In this document: positions 22,601 through 33,888 of the stretch, piece after piece
Position numbering within the stretch: the first letter of the stretch is position 1
How the letters are laid out: each line of letters starts with the position of its first letter
DNA from: Saprolegnia diclina VS20
Lineage: Eukaryota
NCBI RefSeq assembly: GCF_000281045.1
Contig: NW_008246149.1
Coordinates: forward strand, 69,513-103,400
Direction of reading: 5' to 3'
Length of the DNA: 33,888 bases
Position numbers and translations under genes: made by a program
Notes under the pieces: model-generated
The model's database searches: none
What the model saw: only the letters and a program-made list of their open reading frames with translations
What the model was told of the DNA's origin: nothing

Positions 22601-25600
22601 CACCTTGGCGCCCAGACGGTCGTGGTGTACAAGGTCTCCGTTCACGTGGAACGCAATTCCCGAGCCAAAGGCGCAGACATCTACTCGCGTCCAGGCGTCG
22701 AGAGCCAGCACCCGGGGACACGTAATTTGCTGCGGTTGACCGGCGTGCACGACCAGCTGCAGGCGGCGCTTCGAGTCGAGCGCCAGCCGCAGCCACCAGT
22801 TGGCGTCTGTTGCCACGTGAAGAAGGACTTGAGTCTCAGCAAACAAGCCTTCACGACGGAACCAGAGCTGGATCGTCCAGTCGCCGTGAATCGATGGCAA
22901 GTTTGGAATCGTCACGTGCACCGGTCCGTCGAGGGCGACAAAGCCATGAGGATTTTCAGTGCGCGACTGCGTCGATGGCGAAAACACCGCTGCAGGCAGC
23001 ACGTCGTAGAGACCACGGTACCCGAACCGGTAGAGTGCCGTCGACTTGTCGTGAAGCCACTGCACGCGTACGGCTGCATCGGGCTGACCGCACCACGGCT
23101 CCTTTGTGATCACGATACCAACGTTGCCAACACCGCCATCTTCGTTGTCGTAGGCCCAGTCAGCACCACGCACCACGGTGGCCAAGACCACGGAATCTGG
23201 TATCTCGGTACTAAAGCGACTTGAGGCATCAGTGCGTCGGTGGAAGCATTCGAGCAGCCCAAGCGACGCGACAGCGCGTTGATACCATGGCGGGTTGATC
23301 GCTTGCACGAAACGTAGCCACTGCAGCGGCTGCGACGTTTGAAGGGCGACCGTGTCCTCTGCATCCACCAGTTGGACGGCTGGGTAGTACATCCGCCCCG
23401 CTTCTACGTGGCGAGCGCATACAAGGGCACCGTTGCGCAAATACCGCACTTCCCGTCGTTTCAAATCGAGTTCGACGGTCGCAATGTCGTTCGTGCGCAA
23501 GGCCACTGCGTCGGTCGGCCATACGTGCAGCAGCGTCGTCTCGCCGTCCGTGACGAGGCCGACAACGACGTGCTCTTGCGCCGAGACGACGAGGATGTCC
23601 CAAACGTTGAGCCCGGCGGCAGCCCCCGATGCGGAGCGCACGATCGTTGGCGCGCTGCTGGCCGCTACCTTTTGGACGCAGGCCCCGTCGTCAGTCAAAA
23701 CAACGTCGGTCGTTGCACCTGCCCACGTCGCTGATGGACCCGCTGCCAGGGACAAGAGGTACAACTCGAGGTGCTCGTCGGCGTCGACGACGCACTGGAA
23801 GAGCCGACGCAGCAAGGGCGACTTGGTCGTGTGCGCTTCCTCCAGTTTGTGCTGCGCCCAAAGCTTTGTCTTGAGAAAGGCGAGGAATCGGTGGACGTGC
23901 ATCGGCGGTAGCTGCTCAAACACTCGGGTTGCGTCGTTTTGAAGCCAAGTGGACCACAGCTCGAGCACTTGCAACTGCAGGCGCACAGGCGCCGCTTGGT
24001 ACAATTGACAAGTGGCGTCCAGCAGCGGCGTCATGTTAGGTAAATGCGCGCAGCCGACTTGCAAGAGGACCCACATGTGTAGCCGCAGCGACGAAAGAAG
24101 GGCATCGACGTCCTCGGTCACCGTGGCGCCGGCGGCATTGTCGTACGCTGTGAACGCAACCAACGCCTCGGAGCTCTCGTCGTCCGAACGAAAGAACGCG
24201 TGGATCGTGTCGGACGCAAACAGCAACGGCGGCTTGCTGCCGACGCCGGGCCAGTTGTCGCCGTCCGCCGACCCATGATACGGTCCATCGGGGATCGCGC
24301 CGTCACGACCGATAAAGACAACGCCGCCGTCGTCGGGGCAGTGCGTCGCTGCGTCAAACTCGATTCGGATCGTCGACGTGCCGGGAAAGCAGATGCGCTC
24401 ATGGTAGTTGGGCAGAAGGCTCTCGACGCGACGTACGCGCGGCTGTTTGGGCAGCGCCGCGAGGTCCCGCGCGATCGCACGGGTGCACGCCGCCGCGACG
24501 GCCTCACCAAAGGCACCGTCGGCAGCGATGAGGCGTTGCACGAGCGTACTGAGCGCCGACGTTGGCGACTCGCTGTTGACGACGAGGTCGGCAAGACCGA
24601 GAAGGATATCGACAGGGAGCGCATCTGTTCGTTCCGACGCCACGTACGCATGCAGACAAGCCCGAGCGTACTGCACACCCAAGCTCTCTAGGAGGTCGCG
24701 CATGAGATCGTGCGGTCGCCGGGTCTCAACGGCGTAGATCGTCGACACGTCAAAGTGAGACTCAACGGCACGGACAGCGTCTCCAGCGTCGAGCTCGGGT
24801 GACACCGGCGCCTCGTTACTTTCAGGGGCTCCGATGAACACGAGACCATGCTCGAGTGGGGCGTACATTGTCGGTTGAGCCAACGTTCGTTCGCCATCGA
24901 CATGTCGTAGCATCCAGCCGGCGAGGTTGGTATCGTCACGCGCTGCAATGCGCACCCACTCGCCCGAGACATCGAGCGCGTGCACGGTCGTACCATGGTG
25001 AAGGATTCCGGTGATCGACGTCGCATTCGGGGCCGTCAGTACATCGACGTCTTTGCTAGCGACGACGACCCAGTCGTTGGAGCAGCTCTCGCCGAAGTAG
25101 ACGGCAGAGATCTCCACGTCGCCGTGTACGCTCGGGGCTACCGTGGATGGGACGGCAGTCAATGTCACGGCGTCGTCGTGGGTGTCAACATGCGGTGGGA
25201 GCTCCAGCAGCATCTCAGAGAGGTGGCAAAGCCGCTGGTTGAGCTGTGGAATTGTCAGCGACGAAGGGGCCACGGGCTCAAAGATGGCCTGCACTGTGAA
25301 GCGCCAGCCCCAGTCGTTGTTCGAGCTGTCCGTGTGCCAGTAGTACGTAAAATGGCTCGCGGGGATGACGAGCGGCGCTTCGTCCCCAACACCGGGAAAA
25401 CACACCGTGTCGTCGCGACCCGAGTAGCGTTCGAGGCCCCAGAACTCGTCCCGCTTGTCATTGTCCTTGTAAAACGTCATATAGTCGCAGTCCTTCTCGG
25501 TGCGGGACGCAGCGTCAAAGGTGATTCGGCAGCTGGTGGCGCCGGGGAATGACACAGTTTCGTAGATGTCGATCGAGTCTTTGTACGGGTGCGTCGATTC

Positions 25601-28600
25601 AAGCACCTTGCAAGCGGGCTTGACAGCAATCGAGGACCCGGACGGCGTGGCTTTGGCAAGACAAAGCAGCGGCGGCAAGAGCAAAGCCACGGCGGCCGAA
25701 GTTTTACAGAGCCGACCGAGCACCTTGAGCAGCCGCGCCCGCACGTCCATCATGCATGGAGACGCTGAATGCGTCGCCGCCTCGATTGCGCCGAGAATTT
25801 CGGGCGCGCAAGCGCTAACGAGCCGCTGAGCGACGTCGACGTAGGCCGGTGGCGCCGGGTCTAGGCGCAGAGCATCGAGGCGCAGCGACTCGATGCGGGT
25901 TGGGTCCAAATCAAAGAGCACCCGGGCGACGCGCTCGTCGCCAACGACGTCGATGCTGACGATGTAGCCGCCCTCGATCGTACCTTCGGGGTTGTCCCGC
26001 TTGTCGAGTGTCTGGATGCGCGTACCGACGTGGGCATGGTCGTAGTCGCCACCGAGAACCCACGCGGCGGCAAGGGCACACCCGACTCCGTGCTCAAGCC
26101 GCAAGCTGATTTTGAGTTTCGCCTCTATCGACGACGCGACGTTCGGGTGCGTCGATGCAGCCCGCACAAACGCTGCATACGCAGCACCGACAAGACTTGC
26201 ATGCGCCGGCGCCATCGTGACGCCACCCGGCGGTGCCCACGGGTTGGCGTCCTCGATCAGAAACTGCATTGCACGATCAACGTACTCTTGCAGCAGTGCC
26301 GTTGCAACACCGCTGCGCGGGTGCAGCACGAGGCTCTGGGCAGCGACGTACGTCGCCGCACACCGAAACTCGACAGGGTGTGCCGATGCAAATGCACACT
26401 CGACCAGATGTTGAAACGTTGCTGGCGTCAGCACCTGGCGCGCAACATCGGGCGGCCCGTGCACGGACGCCAAAACGCATCCAAGAACGTGCCACGGTGC
26501 ATCGTGTAGCGTCGTCGTCGCGGGGTCTGGCAGCGCCGCACGCGCTATGCCAACAGCCTCGGGCGTCGGCCGCCACGTAATGTCCAAATCGTGCACGTAG
26601 CACCCTGCCGCCTTCTCGGCGCCGACGCGCCCCGGTGGCTCGCCCACATAGAGACGCGAGACTGGCGACGCGCGCACCAACACATCGGTGTCATAGACCC
26701 ACAGTCGAAAACCCTATAGCAAGCGTGCGGTAAGCGGTGGAATGCCGTTGAAGAGGTACCCAAAGGTCGGCACTCGCTTCGCTAGTGTAGTAGCCCAGTA
26801 CAAAGGTGCCAGCCGCAATGTCAAGTGGACTAGAATGGCTTTCACCGTCACAAATACGTAGCAGTAGTCGTCGTACCTGTTGCCATCGACGCCGGGCAGG
26901 TTGTTCTTGGACGTATACCGTGCATCCCCCCACGTACTTGTATGCGAGTCATCGTGGTAAAAAACCACGTAGCACGCGTCGTCGTCGTCGCCGCCGGTGG
27001 TTGTTTGCGCGTCAAATGCCACCTGGAGCGCACTGGCACCGTCAATGTCCACCGTAAAGTACTGCCAGCCCTTGACGACCGACGGATGCAGCGATTCGAC
27101 AAGACGTGCTTCGTTGCGCACTTGATGTTGCAGATGCAGACTGAGCGGTAACGCTAGCACCGGTGCTCCGTCGACGTACAATGCATAGTTGGATTCCGCG
27201 TCCGTAGCCGCGATGCCGACATGGTGCCACGCACCCAGCACCAACGGCGCCGGTGTTTGGAGGTGCACTGCTGCTGCCGTGCCGTCGGCGAGTGCCACGT
27301 CCAGGTGGTAGGTCTGCGTCAATGACAAGCCGAGAAGCCGGTGCAGCCACGAGTCGCCGAGGACGTGCGCCTTTAACAAAATCTGGCCGCTGGCGTCGAA
27401 GCGCAGTGGGACGATCTCAAAGGTCTTGGCACCGACGTCGTAGACGTGGCACCCGTGGACCTCCTTCACGCCGACGCGCGGCAGCCAGCGCACCGCCACA
27501 TTCACATCGTTGAAGATACTCGTGACGACACCGATGGCCGCGTTGTCGGGTGCTGCATCGCGCCATTGCGGTCCGTGCTTGACCAGGTCACCTTCATGAA
27601 GTCGAACGGATGGTATCTCGGGGACCATCATCCAAAACCCGACGTTGGGCACCGGTGTCGGCGTCACCACACTTTGCCCCGGGGCATGACTCGGAAGATA
27701 GCGGCAGGCCGGCACCGTCGTCAACGCCACCGTGTAGTCTGCCACACACGCCGCAATGTGAGCTTGGATGCCACCGCGCTTGTCGACTTGTACAAAACGC
27801 TCGAGAAGAATGCGGACCACGGCCTGCGCCGCCGCACGGACGTCTGACGTCGGCGTCTGCAGCAACGAAAACACAGCGGGCACGACACGGCTAGCGACGA
27901 GCATGTCGCCATCGCGGAACGCAAAGTCCTGCGCAAGGCACTGCAGCGCGCTCAGTTGTACGAGAGGGTCGTCACATGCAAGGAGGCACTGGAGCGGTGC
28001 GAGCAGAGAGGCGTAGGCCTCCTCGACGGCACTGCGTGCGTCGGCACCGCACCCTGCCAAGTGGTCGAGCACGTGCACGTGCCGTTGATCGAGCCCCCGA
28101 AGCGACGACGCCCAGCGGGATAGTACCACGTGACACAAGCGGGAGTTTGTCGTCGTCGCCATCGTTGTCGCCACAATGTTCAGACTACGGCGTCGAAGCG
28201 ACGCGCGTTGGTTGCGCATCTCAATGACCGCCCGAAGCGCGACAACATCAACGTCGCTCTGCACAAACTCGAGAACAAGCTCCGTCATGGTCTTGGCGTG
28301 GCGGCCATCGGTGCGACCCGCCGAGCTTTTGCGATACAGCATCAACTGCTGCAGCTGCGTTGCGGCCTCCACTTCGTCGACGAGCGTGTGCCACTTTGCG
28401 ACGATCGAGGCCGGGTCTTCGCTCTTCTGGAGCGCAACGCCGTACTTGGCAAGAAGTTGCCAGCGCTTGGTCGCTTCGTTTGGGTCGTTAGCAGCTGCCA
28501 GGCTAAACGACGCAGGCCCGAGCGCGAGGAGGAAGCGCGCACGCGCCTCGACGTTGGCACACAGCGTCCGCAGCGCGGCCTCAGATGCGCCAGCAAACGC

Positions 28601-31600
28601 CGACGGCTGGCGCTGCAACGTCGGCGTCGACGTTGGCACGGAGTGCAGTGGGCGCTGCGCGTCACCGATATCAAACCAGTTGCGCATCTTTTGCGCATTC
28701 TTCCATGCGCGTAATAGCGACGGGCTTGCATCACTTCGGAGGCCCTGGCCAAGCGCATAGGCATCGACGCCCCACATATTGTGGTGCAGAATGGCCGCGG
28801 CGACCGCTCGGACAGCACGGTTGATGTGCGGCACGGTGCCTTGGTCTTGGGGCGTCTTGGCTTTGAGGAGCTGGGCCACGCGAGCAGCACTGGGCATGTC
28901 GTCATCGTCGTCGGTTGCGTCGATGAGCTGGTGCAGGAATTGCACCACGCCGTCGTCGTTGCTGTCGGTGGGTCGCGCTGACATGCCGCCATGCAACAGA
29001 TCCGACTCGAGCACACGGTGTAGTGCAGTCTCGGACGGCGCCACGGGACACCACGCTGCCTCGAGCGTGACGATGCTATGAAGCGCATCCAATACACACT
29101 GCTCCAGGCTCGTAAGCCAGTGCATCTCGAACGAACGGCTGTTCTCCGTCACGTTGGCCGTGGCCGTGAACTTGTAGCCCCAGTCCGTGTTGGAGCCGTC
29201 CGAGTGAAATAGCACAAAGCAATGGTCGGCCGGAATGACAAGCGGCGGCAAATTGCCGACGCCGGGCCAGTTGAAGGAGCTGTCGCGACCCGAGTACTTG
29301 TCTTCGCCATAAAACGTCGTGCACGACTTGTCCGTGTAAAAGACGACGTAATCGTAGTTGTACTCGGAGCGGCACCGGCTGTCAAACGTAATGGTCATGC
29401 TCTGCGCGCCATCGAGACGTAGCTCCTTGATTTCGTGCATGTCGTTGCGGTACTCGTGCTCCGACTCGAACACGACGGCCGTGCTCCCGCAGTGTTTTGT
29501 CTCGACAAACGTATCGCGGCGTTCGACAGCGCCAAACAGCGGCTGCATGCGCTCGAGCAACGCCATTGCCACCGGTACAAAGTCGGCGACCACATGGCTC
29601 AGACCCGGTGTTGCCGCCGGCAACGATGCCACGAGATACTCGACAGTTGCAAACAACTTTGGTGCCACCGCTCCGAGCAAGCTCGATTCGAGAAGCTGCA
29701 AGAAGGCAGCGGTTGGTGCCGTGGCAACACGTACACACAGCGCGTCGCAAGCGGCGAGGACGACACCAATGACGTGCGCTGTCGCCGATAAATGCCGTTC
29801 GCACGTCGCTGCGACCGCGTCCAGCAGCGTCGAGACGAGAGAGACAAGCGCGGCACCGAGAACGGCACGCTCCGATGCCGTGTCGCCGTCCATTTGGGCC
29901 AGTGTCAAGGTCACTGAAGCATTGACAAGCTGCGCGATCGAGCTCCAAAGCGCCGGTGAAATTTCGCCAGCGACAAGCGCTTGCATTTTGGACCGCGATG
30001 CCATGCGCCGCACAAGCGGAAGCGTGATCGAGTCGTTCGTCGCGACGCAAGTTGCGAGCAACGCCCACTGCGCGTCTACCGAAGGATACAACATGTCGAT
30101 CGAGAGCACGTAGAGGCGACGGGAGGCGTCACGGAGCCGTGGTAATGTAGATTCGCCCTGAAACAACGTGGCGAGGACATCACGCAGACCACTGCGCTGA
30201 ACGACATCTCGGATCGCACTGTGGTCTGGCATCGACTCGGGCGCAGCGCTCCATTGAGCCGTGTTGATGGAGAGCAGCTTGAGACTCACTTCGACGACAA
30301 ACGCTTGCCACGGTGCGATGACGGGGTGACTCGTGAGCTTCTCGACAAGAAAAATCAGGTCGCCAAACGTACTTGGGCAGACGTCCACAGCAAACGCCAC
30401 GTCCAAAAGCGCAGTCGAGAGCGCACTCTCGTCGCTCCAGTAGGCGTCGACGACTCGATTGCACGTGCCAAAGAGACGGACAAGCACCGATATGCAAGAG
30501 CTCTCTGTCGCGGCGAGAAGCGTCACGACGTCGTCCTTGTCGGTCACCGGCGGCATCTCGGCTCGAGGACCGTCGTTGCGATGGCACATGATCGTCTTTC
30601 CGGTAGCTGTCCAGAGAATGTTGTTGCGCAAATCCAAAGTGATCGCAGAGACGGGGCAGTCGGCCGAGACAGCGACCGTAGCCGTCGCTTGTGCCGTCGC
30701 CAAGTCTATCGTTGCGCAGCAGAGACGCGTTTCGTCGACACGGTAGGCCGCAACATTGTGTCCATTCGTGGCGCACATAAACGGCTCGGGCGATGTCCAG
30801 AATGCTTGTACATCTGCCGACATCGAGACCGTGGCCACTAACACCGGAAGCGGCGCTCTGGCCCACTCGGACGCCGCACAAACAAGCTCGTGCACAGCCA
30901 CCGCTGCCTCGTGCAACTCAACCACAAAGAGATGGACACCGTCCGTACAGATCGTTGCGGTGCCTCGATCGATCGACACGACCTCGGCACACATCGTATC
31001 GGGCTGCATCATCAAGTGGACCGAGCGTGCCGTGCCGTCCGGTTGCACAATGTCGAGAGCTACGAGCAACGCCGACTGGATGTAGACGAGTTGGGCACGC
31101 TCGACGACGGCGTCGGCACCGAGGTAAGTGCCCCAACCTTGACCAGATCATCGCACCACATGTATAGAAAAGTCCCGTCGGTGGCCAGCGCCGTCGCCCG
31201 TTCGCCCGGCGCCTGGAAATGACGCATGACGTTCTGTGTCGAGACAAGACCGATCGGAAAGTGGAGCGAGTAAGCTTCGAGGCGGGCAATGACGGCGTCA
31301 ACGTCAGCAACAAATGCTGTGGATGGGAAAGTCGGCGGTGTCCAAGTCAAGAGCCCCATAGCGACCGAGAGAAGGTATCGAACGCGGCCGCTCGCCGCGC
31401 CAAGTGCGCACAAGAGAGCGAGCGCAGCCTCCGTGCCATCGTCACTGGACCCGTCCATCGTCGAGCGGGCCATCGCCGAGAGGTCGTCGAGCATGGCTGC
31501 CTCTGCCGTCTTAGGCGCAATCGTGCGCAGGGCCAGCGGCGGTCCATCGAGGAGCGTGCGCACCAAGATATGCATGCCTTTCTGGAAGAACGCAGGGTTG

Positions 31601-32145
31601 AGAAGACGAAACGACTGGAGCATCTCGATCTGGAGGCGTCCAGACGCGAGCGAGAAGAGCTTCTCCGGAAGGTCCGTCGGTGCATGGGCCGAGATGGCGT
31701 ACGGCATCGCGTCGCGGGCATCAGTTGCACTCGGCGTTGACGCTGCGAGACATTTCTTGACGAGCTCGAGGTGCTTTTCCATGTAGTAGCGCTTCTGAAA
31801 GTCGCTGACGCGATGCACTTGCGCCGGCGTCGTCGTAGCGGTCAGCGCCTGCTCGCGCAACACGGCGGATGGCATTGCCGCGTCAAACGTCTTCTTCACA
31901 GCATTTGCTTCCTTCGAAAACACGAACAGTCGGATGCGCTCGAGGTCGTCGCCAACGAACGTGCCATGCGCCTGCGCGGCCTCTTTTGTGAGCGCGCTCA
32001 GGCGGTCTGTGACGCCTTGCTTGGCGAGCTCGGGCTCGTCCGCGACGCGCATACGGAATGCCTTGGCAAGGAGGCTGCCGCTCCGGAGCACGTCTGTGGC
32101 CACTACCGCGCGGGCCCAGTCGTCGTCGTCGGTCGCGCTTGGCAT
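19636..32145 (-). CDS. Giant HECT E3 ubiquitin ligase, paralog B (~4100 aa); coding segments 32145-~31135, ~31130-26877, 26829-26760, 26713-22388, 22341-19636; 4 CUB-like, 2 MIB/HERC2, 2 LamG-like, SH3-like, 2 SPRY, complete HECT
   Basis: Four consecutive minus ORFs (371, 1451, 1453 and 863 aa), colinear with paralog A and joined by three GT-AG introns and one unresolved frame change near 31130. The C-terminal HECT has FLGENAVDGGGPYRE, FLRFVWGRSRLP and the catalytic PVSHTCFFSLELPRY (Cys codon 19774-19776). The start at 32145 was chosen because DDDDWARAVV aligns with DETHWVRTSF of A. Confidence 0.85.
22342..22387 (-). other. Intron (46 bp) in ligase B
   Basis: ACG|GTAGGA...CTGTAG|GCG joins ORF 22322..26683 to the frame of ORF 19636..22227. 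Confidence 0.85.
26714..26759 (-). other. Intron (46 bp) in ligase B
   Basis: TGG|GTACCT...CTATAG|GGT restores LW-GFRLWVY. Confidence 0.85.
26830..26876 (-). other. Intron (47 bp) in ligase B
   Basis: AG|GTACGA...TTCTAG|T restores LPGVDGNS-PLDIAAG. Confidence 0.85.
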
Positions 32146-33796
32146 GTCCTCCCAATGGTATCTTTCCCCGTGCAACGCAAGTCAGCCGAATACGCCAGCA
32201 ATTCGGATAAACAATACCTTATCCGGTCGCGGAATGCATGTGCTCCAAGGTTCTGCTTGTCGGGTGGTGTGATGTTGGCGTACCTTGGAGAAGAGACTTG
32301 TCGGCTCTGATGTAGCGTCGCTTTGAGCACTTCGTACATGGTCGGTCTTGCTTCATCAAGCTTCATTACTCCCGAGCAAGCTACGGAATACGAGTACCAT
32401 AATGGGGACGCGCTATATCATCTCTGAAGTGTACCTTTGAGTTCACGTGAGCTTTGTTGGCGTTGGAGCAGTCGCCACATGATGCATGACCATGTGGGGG
32501 GCAATCTTCTCGGCTTGGTCGATATATGGAGGATTGGGGATCTTTATGGAGCTGGCGCCATGCAAGTCGACCTTCTTGCGCAGCGTGTCATGAACCTACG
32601 CGTACAACGCAGGTTCGTGCATGAATCTCGGGGAGATCACTCGTACATGGTCATCTTGGTCTTCACCTGAGCGCGCTCCTGCTCGCGCTTGTCGCTCGAG
32701 CTCGTCGTAGATCGCGTTCTATGAGCACATATCGGGTATCCCCATGGACGTCATGACCGTACTTTCGCGAGGAGCAGTAGTGCAGCATCGTCTCCGTCGT
32801 CTTCCAAGTCGTGTCCTGCAGCTGAGGAAGGATCGGCATGCACACATACGCTGTGTCAACCTCCCTTCGCCAGCTCCATCTTCGTACGCTGCCCGGGATC
32901 TCGTGCTCGGTCGCCAACTTCTTGCACACTGCTCCGCGCGAAAACGGTTTCAACCGGATTATGTTGTCTGTATCCGGAAAGATCGGGCAGCGAGCGGAGA
33001 CGCGAAAATTACCGTCATTTACTGAGTATACGGTAGTTATCATGTGATTTTACGTAATAACTGCTGCGCAGCTCCTTCGAGCGGGGTCCACCACGGTAAG
33101 GGGTCCGAGCCGGGATTCCACCTTGGTGTAGCCTTGATGTCCTCAATTAGTTTCGACCCTAGAACGGGCAAGTGTCAAAATATTAATTGACCCTTGCTAC
33201 GGGATATACGTACCTAAAACCCCGTAAAATTGACAGCATCGTTTTCCCCTTCCACTAGCACCTCGGGTGAACTGTTTCAGTGGCTTCCAGGACGAGTCTT
33301 GACATAAAACGCTGGCTCCATGATGCATATATGTGCCTCCAACTTGATACATTTTTGTGACTGCGTAGTGTGCTCCGGGCCAGAAGCCTCACGTCATGTC
33401 GCTTTCGCGAGGTCTGGTCTGAACTCCTAGCGAGCTCAGTAGATGAGCTCTAGCTTCGTACGCACTAGTACGTACTACGAGACGGTATCCGATCAGACTG
33501 TAGAAGCACAATCCATGGTGACAACGGGGATCCCTTGGCTCAGAGGTCACGCGCCGACGACATTGAGCTTCTCATCGCTTTGAAAGCATCGGCTGCACAA
33601 AGATACCGATCACTGCAACATATACGCAACCTTCCAAGATACCACTCATTTGATGTTTGTATGCTACATACAACCCGTGCCTGGACGCGGCAAAGTCCTT
33701 CGACGCGACCACTCGCTGCCCTAGCCCCAAGCCAAATACAAACGTGCCATCTCGCATATCTAGCCATCGCCCAGGACCTTGGTGCGTCCTCCAGTA

Positions 33797-33810
33797 CTCA
33801 CTTTGCAATT
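33797..33810 (+). promoter_or_regulatory. INR+FPR element, duplicated copy
   Basis: The same CTCACTTTGCAATT, upstream of the ATG at 33840. Confidence 0.6.
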
Positions 33811-33839
33811 GGCGCCTCTCAAAGCATCTTGCAGCCACC

Positions 33840-33888
33840 ATGCGCCTCTCGCTCTCCCTCGCCACGATCGCCCTGGCGCACTATGCGT
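33840..33888 (+). CDS. 5' end of a probable second TSP1-repeat protein gene (signal peptide only; truncated by the window)
   Basis: Encodes MRLSLSLATIALAHYA, nucleotide-identical to 16481-16529. The rest of the gene is not visible. Confidence 0.65.
   Translation, partial: MRLSLSLATIALAHYA

Larger units (their letters stand above)
33697..33888 (+). repeat. 192 bp direct repeat, copy 2 (continues beyond the window)
   Basis: Identical to 16338-16529 up to the last base of the window. Confidence 0.95.

Noticed and set aside
31121..31129. Perfect plus-strand splice donor GAG|GTAAGT at the frame-break site
   Set aside because: It is on the strand opposite the gene and no plus-strand gene model supports it.
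19636..32175. Treating the four minus-strand ORFs as four separate genes
   Set aside because: Splice sites and colinearity with paralog A show they form one gene.
33060..33260. Possible tRNA or structured ncRNA (short stems such as TACGGG...CCCGTA)
   Set aside because: No cloverleaf, A/B boxes or recognisable RNA family; the stems are too short.
1..33888. CRISPR arrays, rRNA, transposase or reverse transcriptase genes, prokaryotic operon or defence system
   Set aside because: None seen; the gene structure is eukaryotic with spliceosomal introns.

Overview
GC-rich eukaryotic genomic DNA, most likely an oomycete such as a Saprolegniales species. This is inferred from 44-54 bp GT-AG introns, strong GC3 bias, an oomycete-type INR/FPR core promoter and a Vsv1-like TSP1 protein. 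From left to right the window holds five genes. (1) Giant HECT E3 ubiquitin ligase A on the minus strand (13336 to <1, 3 introns, >4390 aa, HECT domain cut off by the left edge). (2) A divergently transcribed DnaJ/DnaJ-X co-chaperone (+, 14205-15910, 1 intron). (3) An intronless, membrane-anchored protein with about 16 thrombospondin type-1 repeats (+, 16481-19291). (4) Giant HECT ligase B, an old paralog of A (minus, ~32145-19636, ~4100 aa, 3 clear introns plus one unresolved frame break near 31130). (5) The start of a second TSP1 gene copy, with 192 bp identical to 16338-16529, running off the right edge. The most unusual signal is the nested architecture of the ligases. In A, a UBA domain sits inside a SPRY domain, which sits inside a LamG-like domain, which appears to sit inside a split CUB-like domain that also hosts a MIB/HERC2 domain. 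In B, the same SPRY loop carries an acidic low-complexity tract instead of the UBA. All domain calls come from manual translation and motif recognition; no searches were run.
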